Positions 10,453-21,219 of a stretch of DNA of 64,000 bases are shown in pieces. This stretch comes from Iphione sp. A-MEVVRFRX5. Lineage: Eukaryota. Position 1 is the first letter of the stretch. Each line of letters begins with the position of its first letter. The position numbers were made by a program, and so were the translations under genes. The stretch lies in the NCBI GenBank assembly GCA_976226885.1, contig OZ320319.1, forward strand, positions 53,568,001-53,632,000. The letters run 5' to 3'. The notes below the pieces were generated by a model, which was not told where the DNA came from, did not search any database, and saw only the letters and a list, made by a program, of their open reading frames with translations.

Positions 10453-11388
10453 ATGCCAGATACTAAGGGCAATGATATCCCAGAAGGCGATATATCTACC
10501 GACATGATCATGAAGAAGCTCCTCGACAAGATCCAAGACCTGGAGCAGAGATTTGATGAATTCTCTCTTTCTCAAGCACAGAAGTCGAAAGGCAAGTCCA
10601 AGCAACCAAATCCAACGGTCATTACAAGATCAGCAGCAGCGAAGGGCTCGACACTCAGGATGACACCCCAACCCTCCGGGTCACTGTCTGACGACCAAGA
10701 TGTCCAAACAGCGGACGTCTAAGTCATGACCAGCACGCCTACAACACAATCTGACCAGATCCTGGCGCCACCAGTCATAAAGGCATAGGAAGCAGGCCGC
10801 ATCCAAGAGATCTTCAAGACCATCTATCTCAAGGCACTAGAGAATGTCGGTAAGCAGTTATGCAAGCCTAACCCGGAAAAATACATTATTTTCAAAGACA
10901 CTAATATTACCGACCTCAGGAAGGCTTCATTCCCTCATTACATCGCTGGTATCATGTCATTAATGCTCGACCTGTCAATTGAAGACCCCGCACAGTACAC
11001 CCACTTGCTCGAGCATATTAGGGATGCAGCCGAAGAGGCCCACGCGACAGGTTGGGACCCCATCAAGGACTGGGTCCACGAGCTGTGGACCAGCACAACC
11101 AATGACCAGTTGAAGTGGGACGACCACCAACGAATCCAGACCTTGAAGCAAAGGTCAATCTCCGCCTACAACAAAGAAACAGCCAGCAAATTCACGATGC
11201 CCACAAAAGAGAACATTGTCCCCTGCCCAAGGTGGAACTACTCTAAATGCCCCGACCATTCACCACATGTTTCCAATGAACTTTTCTTTTATCAAATATG
11301 CCCATTTTGTTTTATTGTGTCTAAAAAACAGATGGACCACAAGATAGATCAGTGTCTACCCAGGAGATGTGGACAAGCCCCGACGTAG
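10453..11388 (+). pseudogene. gag-like ORF1 of the inner element, two premature stops (10720, 10786)
   Basis: Track ORFs 10432..10722 and 10954..11388 share a frame. C-terminal CPRWNYSKC...CPFC...HKIDQC finger. Confidence 0.8.
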
Positions 11389-13464
11389 CCGCCACCCAAG
11401 CAGATGCAGCAGCAGGCGGACTACCGTCACGACTAACAGGACCCAGATTGGTAGACCCCCACAGCCAGTCAGCTGACCACTCACCTGATTCACATGTTTT
11501 CACCCCTGATTTCACCGATATGTCATTGTATGCGGCTCCTAATCATCTGCTTAAATCGCATGTTGACTCTACTGACTCCCTCATATGTTCAATGAACCCC
11601 AACTATGATACAAATGACAACTGTTTTCTTGAGTGTACAAACGAGCAATCCTGTGAAAAACATCAAAGCGTGTCTTGTTCAAACTGTGAAGTCAACCCCA
11701 ATGTATGCCCCATCGAAACGCCCTCCCGCAGCCTCGTTGCAACCCACCTTAATCTCCTGACCTCACGTCTCTTCAATTGGCCTGTGCCCTCCCCGTCGTT
11801 CCCCGTGCACCTGGCGAAAATATACACAACCGTTCGCTCGACAGGTCTCCCTAACCACATGGAGGCTAAAATTCCATTACCCACCCAACTAAATATCCCC
11901 AAATGGGAGGAATTCCTTGATTCACAGGCCCCAGCAGAATTTGTCCTCCTACAATTTATTAAATTTGGCTTCCCTATAGGATTCACTGGCATATGCATCC
12001 CACCTCAGAAACAATTGCCCTACACCCCTAGCCAGGACGATTCCCCCCACCTGAACAAATACGTATGCACTGAGCTGGGCCACATGGCCATTGTTGGCCC
12101 CTTCCACACAGACCCTTTCGTACCTCACTCTGTTATCAGTCCCATAATGACCAGATCCAAGAAGAATTCACCAGATAAGCGAATAATAGTTGATCTATGC
12201 CATAGCCAGGTTAACGCAGGCATACCATCCCACAACTACTTCTCAGTCAATGCTAGAGTCCAATTAACATCCACCTTAGACCTATATAATCTTATAATGT
12301 CTCACCCCAACCCTCCCTACATAGCATCACTGGATTTGAAGCACGCCTATAGGCACTTCCCGGTGGACCCCTTAGACTGGCCACTCCTCACCTTTCAGGT
12401 CCATGATACTCTCTACACTGACATTTCTCTCCCATTTGGCACTCATTTCTCTTCATTATTGCTATAATCTAAATCAGAAACAATACGGCAAAAGGTAAAG
12501 ACCCACTTCCCCGACATATACGCATTTGCCTATCTAGATGACTACATTTTCATCCACCCTGACCCCCAACATCTATCATCAGCCTTTGACCACGCTAAGA
12601 TCACCATTTCAAACCTGAGTCTAGTCCTAGCCCATGATAAATGCATCCCCCTTACCCAGGACATTATCTGGTTAGGGATTAGGTTCCAAACAGCATGTCG
12701 CCTCATGTCTATTCCCCTGTTGAAGGTTAAAGAAACGCAGTCAGCTGTCCAGTCAGCCCTGACTAAATCCACCCTAACCATACGAGAGATACAGTCTCTG
12801 ATTGGCCTTATCAACTTCATAGGGAAGTGTGTACACCCGCCTGCCTGTTTATTAACTCCCTCCTTGACCAGACTAGAAAGGCCCTCACCCACGCCCATAA
12901 ATCCGTCCGCCTATCCAATCAGTCACGACGAGACCTATCCTGGTTCCACAGATACCTCCCATCCTTCAATAGTATATCCATCATTCCCCCACCCACGCCA
13001 GTGCATACAATATATTGTGATGCCTCCCTCTCTGGTATGGGTGCTTACTCGTCCAGCATGTACTACTCCGGGCCTCTCCCGAGGCAGCTACGTTCCTCCT
13101 CTATTTCACAGCCTTTAACACGGCTGTAGCTATCTACTGCCTTCTCACCCCAGAGCACTCCAATAAGTAGGTAGAGGTAATTTGTGATAATTCAGCAGCT
13201 ATCCAAGTGCTTTCCACAGGTAAAACATGGGATTCCTACTTGGCCACTATAGCCAGGGCGGTATGGATGAGGGCAACTCGTAACCAGACTGAGTTACTAT
13301 TCACACATAAGCCCGGACATCTCATGGTTTATGCGGATGCCCTCTCTAGACTAAGTACATCAGCCAAATACATCACCATATATAAGCAATTCTTAAACCA
13401 CAATCCTGGTATCAATAGAATATATCCGGCTCACAACGTGGTGTCCACCATTTTCTCCTTCTGA
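11352..13464 (+). pseudogene. RT-RNase H ORF2 of the inner element (stop at 12465, frameshifts near 12840 and 13100)
   Basis: SPIMTRSKK...RIIVDL, SLDLKHAYRHFPVDPLDWPLL, LPFG, YLDD at 12531-12542, RNase H motifs YCDAS, CDNSAA and ADALSR. Confidence 0.9.
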
Positions 13465-13470
13465 TTACAG

Positions 13471-14438
13471 GGACTTCATTAGCCCCGCTAGCGGTGAGGG
13501 CCATTCGTAGGCAGACTCAGGCTGTCACACAAGAAACGCACCTGAGGCGCATCAGACAGGCAGAACTTGCAGTCGGTTTCTTCAGTCACTACCAATTGCC
13601 CCTGGAACAACTGCATGACCACCATATCCTGCTCTTCATAGAATACCTCTCCCTAAAGACCTTTACCCCCGAAGTGATTGGTCAATATATATCATCCCTT
13701 CGCTACCTACTCCAGGCTAAGGACCTTCCGTTGGAGGGCGTCAACTCATTCAGGGTTTCAACAGCATTACGAGCAGTCAAGCTCACAACACATGTCCCTT
13801 CCCAGAAGGCCCCAATTACCCCAGCAATTTTGGCATCGATTATTGATTATTTGAAACCTCTTGGCCCACTAGGCACTACACTGCAGTCAATTTTCATCTT
13901 CATGTTCTTTAGTATGGTAAGGCAGAGTAACATCGCCTCACGCTCCTCAGCCAAATTTGACCCCACCAAACAACTCACTCGCTCTGACGTAACCATCACT
14001 CCCGACTTGGTACTTGTCAATATTAAATGGTCCAAAACAATATCCAATTCTCAGCCAGAGGTCATAACCCTACCCTCCATCCATTCCCCTCTCTGCCCCC
14101 ACACTGCCCTGATACATATGCTCCAAGTGTCTCCAACATGTGCCCCAAATCAGGCTTTATTTGTAGACCCGGTATACAAGCAACCATTCCCTGTCAACAG
14201 GCTCACTCTAGTGTTAAAAAAGGCCCTGGGTAACCTAGGTCTCAACCCAGGAGAGTTCTCCCTCCATAGTTTCAGAAGGGGCAGAGCCCAGTCCCTCCAA
14301 GCAGCGGGCACCACAGACTCGCAGATATTGGCACAGGGTACATGGAAGTCCATGCCAGGCTCAGCCGCCTATACAAGTAGGGGCCTAGCATCACTCCAAG
14401 CCGCGAGGGTAATGTCCACCTGGCAGGGCTTGGCGTAA
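13471..14438 (+). CDS. Tyrosine recombinase ORF3 of the inner element (open, no N-terminal ATG)
   Basis: Catalytic set R (SMVRQSN), K (WSKT), HSFR, W (GTW), Y (AAY). The frame is open from 13419, and the first Met lies only a few codons before the catalytic Arg. A strong acceptor ttttctccttctgattacAG ends at 13470. Confidence 0.85.
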
Positions 14439-14668
14439 TCCCCGTTTGGGGTTTGGAGTAAAGTTCAAAAATATCGGTCTCCAGAGATCATATGTATGCA
14501 TTAAAAAATTGAATATGTACTGCTGTGACCTCCTGTTATTCTCAGTCTCGAGAGACTAACATGTCAACTTTAAATAAATGCCTTTGTTGTTCTCCAAATG
14601 TTGGTTTATCTTCTTGTGTTCTCTTATTTAGTCTCATCTGTGTTGGTAGTTAACGAACGGGGGCAATA

Positions 14669-15345
14669 ATAGTTGACCTCTCCTTCCCAATCAATGGTGG
14701 GGTCAACCAGCACATACAGAAGGACTTTTTCATGGGCCTACCGGCCACTCATGCCCTCCCCACCATACACGACCTCCTTGCCGATGCCCCAAAGTTCATT
14801 ATGGGCCCATTCAAGGGCCCCCCTCACCTTCACTCCATGGTAACACTCCTCCCCTGTGATGACAGAGCCCAAGTCAAGTGGGGCCAGGTGTATAATAGCT
14901 GACCTCTCCTTCCTAATTGACAGCGGGTCAACCAGCATATACATGAATCTTCAATGGGCATCCCGGCCTCTCATGCCCTCCGCACCGTCCATGACCTCAC
15001 AGACCTCCTCATCAATACCCCAGAGTCCCCCCTCCTCGCCATCATTGATCTCAGATGGGCCTACTGCCACTTTCCCATCTGCCCCATGGACCTGCTCCTC
15101 CTTGCACTTTGGCTCCCATCTGACATCCATGTAGACCTCTCCCTCACATGGCATCATCCTCATGGCGACCTCGCTCCACCAGGCCTAATTGGCAGTCCGG
15201 GACACACTGGCCCTGCCAGCATCCCTGGGCCTCCAGGTCACCAAAGAAAAGCTCCAGCAGCCGGTGACTCAGGCAACCTGGCTAGGAACCGAGATAGACA
15301 CTGCCCAAGGCACCCTCTCCCTGCTAGAGGAGAAACTGTGCTCTC
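14669..15345 (+). pseudogene. RT of the outer element, right of the nested insertion, with a diverged internal duplication, ending in a deletion
   Basis: IVDLSFPINGGVNQHI...HDLL, then again IMGPFKG...ARCIIADLSF...AIIDLRWAY.HFPICPMD...LGLQVTKEKLQQPVTQATWLGTEIDT...EEKL. Confidence 0.75.
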
Positions 15346-15821
15346 ACCTTTAACCATGTCAATTTCATTAACTGTCTCATGTTTGCTCATGTGTATTGAA
15401 TAAAGTTGTCTCCACTCAACTACTTGTCTGTAATGGGAGCGCATGGGGACACATGCTGTCATTACCAGAGCAGTGAGTCACCACACATGCCCAGGAGTCT
15501 TCCTGGGACATCGAGTCCTCACCACTCTGCTCTGAACTTCCTAAGTTGCACCCTCTTGCCTCATCAGCCTACCCCAAGGCAGGATGATGGGCCATCAACA
15601 ACGATAGAAAAAACCATTGGACACTGGGGCACAGCTCCACCTATGACAATGGTTGACTCACTCATGACCATGCTGGACTCTCTTATGCTGCTGGACACTC
15701 ACTTGGACTTATCACAACTAGAGACTATCTGACCTTTAACCATGTCAACTGCATTAACTGTCTCATGTTTGCTCATGTCTATTACATAAAGTTGTCTCCA
15801 CACAACTGCATGTCTGTAATG
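15346..15821 (+). repeat. B1-A2-(spacer)-B2 repeat arrangement at the right end of the outer element
   Basis: B1 15346-15435 vs B2 15732-15821 differ at about 8 of 87 nt by eye. A2 15436-15560 matches 8140-8270. Confidence 0.8.
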
Positions 15822-16411
15822 AGGTCCGGCAAACGTCAGAGCACCCTCCTGCCCTACTCCTTGGACTTATGCGCCTAGTAAGCACTCAAGGCAGGTCAGG
15901 ACACCCTCCCACCCTACCCTCCGGCCTTCCGTGCCCAGTAAACATGGAAGGCTGAGGTGGCTCTGCCAGCTGACTCGAGTGGGGTGGTAGCGGTTGAGGA
16001 GGAGGAGGACCAGCAGTCTTCACATAGCAGTCTCCCACCCCAGCCCCCAGCCTGCAACAGCTGTCAATCACTTCAAAACAACCAGTCAGAGATTTCTCCC
16101 ATACATCTCTTAGTCGGAGGTGATGTAGCAGCTCAGAGAACCTCAGAGCTCAAAGAAGATCCTACCACTTTTACCACTGCTCTACCACTTACATTACCGG
16201 GAGGTTATGCTACAGCTTTTGACTTATCACCACTATGAGCAGCATAACATCCACAGAATATGACAGAATTGAAATGTGCCTATAGCTACATTTTGAAAAA
16301 TATTAAAGATGCTCATACTGGGTTAAAATATATTCCAGAAAATAGATCGTGTAGGATTTACAATATGTGACTAATTCAATACTTAAACAGTTTCTATTGA
16401 CTGATACCTAC

Positions 16412-16568
16412 GAGCCAAGGCCGAAACTAAATACGGCTCCAATCCGTGAGAGTAACAGTGTATGCTCCTTGCCACAAGACACCTCTTTAATTTTCACACC
16501 AGACACCAGGGGGCGACAAACAAGAGACATGTCCTCTTCTTCTTCCACTAGTTCCGCATCTCCCGAGT
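16412..16568 (-). CDS. RCCD1: RCCD1 coding exon 3
   Basis: ttattcAG|ACTCG...GGCTC|GTAGGT, encodes an RCC1 repeat. Confidence 0.8.
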
Positions 16569-19500
16569 CTGAATAACAGATACATGTACTCATGTAACAA
16601 TTTGTTCCAACCATCAGTAAGAAATGAGATTTTCGTTCAGCGCTCATGAATGAACATTTGCGGGAAGAGGGGGTGGAGGCTAAGGATTACAAACGTCCTG
16701 GAAACTTTAGGAATATAAACAATTAGATCAGTGAAGCCTGTTGTAACACAGTCGTTTTATTTTAGAACAAATAAATTCCGTAATATAGTGTAAATTGTAC
16801 AGTTTAAAGAATTGAAATATTGTGTGACAGAGAGAAGATTTATGCACACAGAATTTTGTTATCCCTCCCATGCTGCTAAAGACCATACCATACTATGTAT
16901 AGACATTGTATAATGGCATCGTACAGGTGTTGTAAATAAGACCTTTCCAGACAATAATGTGCTAGGAAATACATCAGAGGTCAACTGTTTACAGATTACC
17001 CTCAGGTGATGGTAAGGTCATTATGGGTTCAAATATGACCTGTAGAGTTTAACTGGTGACCCATGGATCAAATATCGCTGTTGAGAAGTATATATGTATA
17101 AGACTTAGTCTACTGACTGCTGGTTAAATTCCGCTGACATGGTCACTGAAAAATATTTCTGTGTTAACACGAGTATGGTCTTTCCTGCAATATAAAGTTT
17201 CAGCAAACCTGACTGGTAAGGTGCACTCCTTATCTCGTTACATTGTATGACAGACTGAGCACGAAGACAGGGCGAGCTAATGAGTGAGAAGTGACAGGGG
17301 AAGTGAGACAGAGACGGAGCTGGAGACTAATCCCTTACTTATACCTACCTGCTGATACTAATACCATGTGGCGCTCACCAACTGCCACCAATGAAACCCT
17401 GAGGGGGCTGCCGTCTGGGCGCCTTACCCGCCGCGGCGACCCTCCCCAGTCGCCGTCCCTCCAGACTGTGCAGTCGCCTTCCTCGGACACCACGCAGGTC
17501 CGGCCCCAGCTAGCGCTCACGGCACGCACATTGGTGTTGACAGAGGGTCCTGACTGACCCCACTGCCCATGGATGCTGCCTCGGAGCACTAAATGGTTAT
17601 CTGTGTGGTGGGACAGAGCAGCAGTATATTTATATTTTGACGAAACAAGAGGTGATCAGATCGGGGAAGTAGATCAACATGTAACATATACTCAACACAG
17701 AATATAATGGGGCTTACCCGACTATTTTACCTAATGTTTTACCCAAGTGACTACAAACATTTTGCTTATTAGTTTTGATTTTCTACTTTAACATAATATT
17801 TGTCTTCTTTTCCTATTTTAAAGATAAAGTGAGCAGCCGCGATAAAAATACTTCGAATCGGACCAAGACCTACCTACAGTATGAACTGCATTGTTACATT
17901 ACCATCAATCATTCCTATCACTCTGAGGCCGGAGGGAAAGACAGGGATAGACACAGAAACAGGAGCCACTGACAGAGATGGCTCCAAGACTCTTTTGCTC
18001 GAAATGAGCTTCGACCCGTGAGACCCGTGGTGGTACTTTAGCCATTCTTCTTACTGCTACGGCGGATTTCCTTGTGCGTTTACTTCCCATCATTACAAAA
18101 GAACTGTCACCCCTGACTTTCCTTTATCTACAGCTTGATATATTTCCCCTAGAAAGGTGGAAACAGCAGTTGAGGTCCCTCTGGCCTTTCTGAAACCATG
18201 TTGTTGGGTACAGGAACGACCTGTTGTCTCACCTTAGGTTATTTGGTCATGCACCGGACATTCACCAAGCTTTCTGATCACTGGCACTATCGCCTTTTTA
18301 TATGGGGGGGGGGGGGGTCACCCGTGATGTTGTCCAACAGTCGAGAAAGTTGCCACTCACAATAAGGGAGTTAACATTCTGGAAAAATAACCACCACTGG
18401 AACACTGAAGAAAGTAACTTTAGGAACTTTATGTGTTGAAGATCTCTCATAGGAGTCGCGGAGAGACGAACAGGGCATCTCGTAGGGTAATAGATGGAAT
18501 ATTCTCCAAGCCACTACCAAGTGGCTTGGAGAATATTCCATCTGTTAATTTTCAGTTTCAGAATAGCCTTTCTAAGTGTTTCGGCTGTAACAGGTTGTAC
18601 TTCCCAGTCCCAATAGCAAAGTTGCTCATCTCCATCCGTATATATGCTACGTTGCTGGGGATTCGGCTTGGGAAATGAAATGGTCGTTCATGTGTGTGGC
18701 TTCTCCCTCAGGACTAACCCCTTCCCCATCACCATCAGCTTGATCTCTGTCCTCTTTTGCTGCTTACATAGAAGTAAACTTTTTAGATGATCACAGCAGA
18801 CTTTTGAAATTTTGCAAGCTTGAAGAGAAGGTGATGAATTTTCGTTTCTCTTTTTTGACTAGTTTCTGAACGAGGGACTTATAAAAACTGGAAATTTATA
18901 ATGAACAATATTGCCTAAGGTCCTAAGAAATATTCCAGGTTCGCAACTGCTTCATGATTTCGAGTGTTATCCACTTTGAACTCAAAGTGAAACCTGCCTC
19001 TTGAATATATATTCTGACTTGAGAAAGTAAGGTACCATCTCCTGTATCTGAGGACCGGTTGCTGAGTTACTGTGGCCTTAGTATTGGGACCATCTACAAC
19101 TGTATACAAAAATTGTGGGATAAACCATACGAGAGAACTGATAAAAGCACAACCATCGTGTATTCCATTTTAACTCCAAAGAATCTTCACTAAAGGAATT
19201 TTCAACAATCTAGTGTTTAATGTTCACTAAAAGTAATCGACTGCTGCTTGTAAACTGCTCATCAATATATAGTTTCTGCTCACTGATAAAAAGTACGCTA
19301 TTTGACCATAATCTCATTTCTGTTTGACAAAGCTTAACGTAGCTTAGTCCTATTCAACACTAAATGGCAACAACATAATAATATACCTATAACGAAAGCG
19401 GAATGAGACCAAGAGGCTGCGAATTTATTGAGTTGCTTCGTGCCTTCTTGCCTTGTTGGATCTTTGCCTTTGGCCACGTCTCCTTCAAATTTTGTGGAGT

Positions 19501-19657
19501 CTTTTGGCGGAAATTCGTTGGAAACTAAGTCCGTGAATGTATTTCCCATGAACACCATTTCAGTTGGTAATACACAATCTGTATAGCCAGTGCTGTCATC
19601 TTGACAGTCACACCGAATTTGTCCGTCAAAGTTATATCCGAAACAGTATGCTTTCAT
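16412..19657 (-). CDS. RCCD1: RCC1 domain-containing protein 1, first three coding exons (19657-19387, 17600-17349, 16568-16412); later exons not found
   Basis: GT/AG-bounded exons join in frame (phases 1, 1, 2). Motifs FGYNFDGQ, ASWSHSAFV and KEVSCGKEHTLLLSRIGAVFSFGLGS match RCCD1 FGFCGFGQ, ASWSYTAFV and LELGAEHALLL...VFSWG as recalled. Confidence 0.75.
17349..17600 (-). CDS. RCCD1: RCCD1 coding exon 2
   Basis: cacacAG|ATAACC...CAGCAG|GTAGGT, encodes VSASWGRTCVVS and VAVGERHMVLVS. Confidence 0.75.
18115..18300 (-). mobile_element. LINE RT fragment in RCCD1 intron 1
   Basis: QQHGFRKARGTSTAVSTFLGEIYQAVDKGK, the conserved QHGFR...ST..A...D.G RT motif. Confidence 0.7.
18492..18543. repeat. Perfect inverted repeat, 24-bp arms, 4-nt loop
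   Basis: agatggaatattctccaagccact-acca-agtggcttggagaatattccatct. Confidence 0.9.
19387..19657 (-). CDS. RCCD1: RCCD1 coding exon 1
   Basis: ATG at 19657, MKAYCFGYNFDGQ...AASWSHSAFVI G|GTATAT. Confidence 0.75.
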
Positions 19658-19905
19658 CTTAGGTGTTCATTTGCACGTGTCTGTCACACACGAGATGTTT
19701 ATGTCTTGCCTTCAAAGCACGTACCGCACTGACTATTTTTTTCCACGTTTTCAAATTATAGTGAGAAATTAGAAACAAAAATAACTATGAGATATGAATT
19801 CCTTTATATACAAAATTCCATAGATTGATAACGAATTAATGATAGTAAATATTTATTTTATTCGGTGCCGGCTACTGCTAAAGCAGATCACAACAAAGCA
19901 GCAAA
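19658..19905. promoter_or_regulatory. Bidirectional promoter region between RCCD1 and PSMD4
   Basis: Only 248 nt between the two divergent start codons. Confidence 0.7.
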
Positions 19906-19931
19906 ATGGTGTTGGAAAGTACCATAGTATG
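19906..19931 (+). CDS. PSMD4: PSMD4 exon 1
   Basis: ATGGTGTTGGAAAGTACCATAGTATG|GTAAGT (MVLESTIV-C). Confidence 0.92.
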
Positions 19932-21177
19932 GTAAGTTACACGTAAATATACCAGAACTTTAGATTTTTGAGTGTTTTTCAAGCATATATCTTGTTAAGT
20001 ATATAATAACATTGTAATCGAAATCCAATTTAAGACCATATGATGAGTACTTACACCATGATATGATAATCTTCACTCGCGTATCGAGGTCGGGTCGGGA
20101 AAATGGGACCATGACAAGGCAGAATGTATGAGTGTTGAGGGGAACATAAAGCTAAATACATTGGTCTGTAAAACCTATTTAAGTGGTGAAAGCTGCATTT
20201 TGTGTGTGTATTTGTTAATCCTAACTTCAACTGGCGATATTTGATATACAGAACCATAACGTATTTAAGAGATCCTATTATCGCTCAGAGCACCGTCAAG
20301 AAGCCACCCTTTTTACATAGATGGAGCCACAGTTAGTGTCTGTAAATGTAGCGAGGAGGCTTAAGTGGCCGTCACTAAGTTTAATTTCCTATGAGGAATT
20401 CAAAATATTATATCTAACAACTGGTGGACCAGTAGATTGATTATCTCACCATATCACACTTGTTGTCCCCCGCCTCATAGAGGTAGGGGGGACTTAAGGA
20501 ATGCTGCTGGCTGACTGTTCAACCTTCCGTCACACTCTTTTGGGTCTTATAACTCCCAAACCCTCCTGTCAAATCAACTGATTTTGATTTATAATTTACT
20601 TATGTACATGGACCCATGACACTGGCTAATTGTCCCCCGCCTCATAGAGGGGGGGACATTAGGAATGCTACCAGCTGTTGTCCCGACCATCCGTCACACT
20701 CTTGTGGGTCTTATAAGTCTTAAACCATTGACTCAAAAGACCTGATTTTTAAGATATGATATTTGTGTACATTGCCCCATGACACTGTGTAATTTTGGTC
20801 ATAATTCAAGTATTTTAAAGGTGAAATTATGCCAATTATACTCATTTGCTAACACACCTATAAACATACATACCTGGTTTAGGGGTTCCTAGGTCTGACA
20901 ATGCACATACATGCACACATACACACTCAACAATATCTCCCTTCTACCAGCAGTCTGGTGCTCATTGAGGCAGAACCGAGAGAGCTGTGCTCAGTCATGC
21001 AGAACCGAGGGTTTGTAGCAGTCTGGTGCTCAGTGAGGCAGAACCGAGAGTTGTAAACCTGAAGGACTTAAGCCCAGCCAACCACCCCAAAACAAGGTAC
21101 CAATCAAGGTGGTTGTAAAGAGAGAGACACCACACACACACATACACATACTCATTCTCTCTGTTCCCTCTCTCTGT

Positions 21178-21219
<42 letters not shown>

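Larger units (their letters stand above)
10287..14668 (+). mobile_element. Inner PAT/Ngaro-like YR retrotransposon, full length (4382 bp), ATA duplicated at both junctions
   Basis: gag - RT/RNaseH - YR gene order with no methyltransferase domain. ATA at 10284-10286 and 14669-14671. Excision restores ...ARCII|VDLSFP... in the outer RT. AATAAA at 14573-14578. Confidence 0.85.
8140..15821 (+). mobile_element. Outer PAT/Ngaro-like YR retrotransposon (decayed, internally deleted), interrupted by the 10287-14668 element
   Basis: Left block A1 (about 8140-8270) recurs at 15436-15560. Right block B occurs twice (15346-15435, 15732-15821). Gag-like and RT relics lie between them. No YR ORF remains. 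Confidence 0.7.

Noticed and set aside
16900-17200. Extra RCCD1 exons after AG sites near 17040 and 17185
   Set aside because: In-frame stops without a usable donor. Exon 2 joins exon 3 in frame without them.
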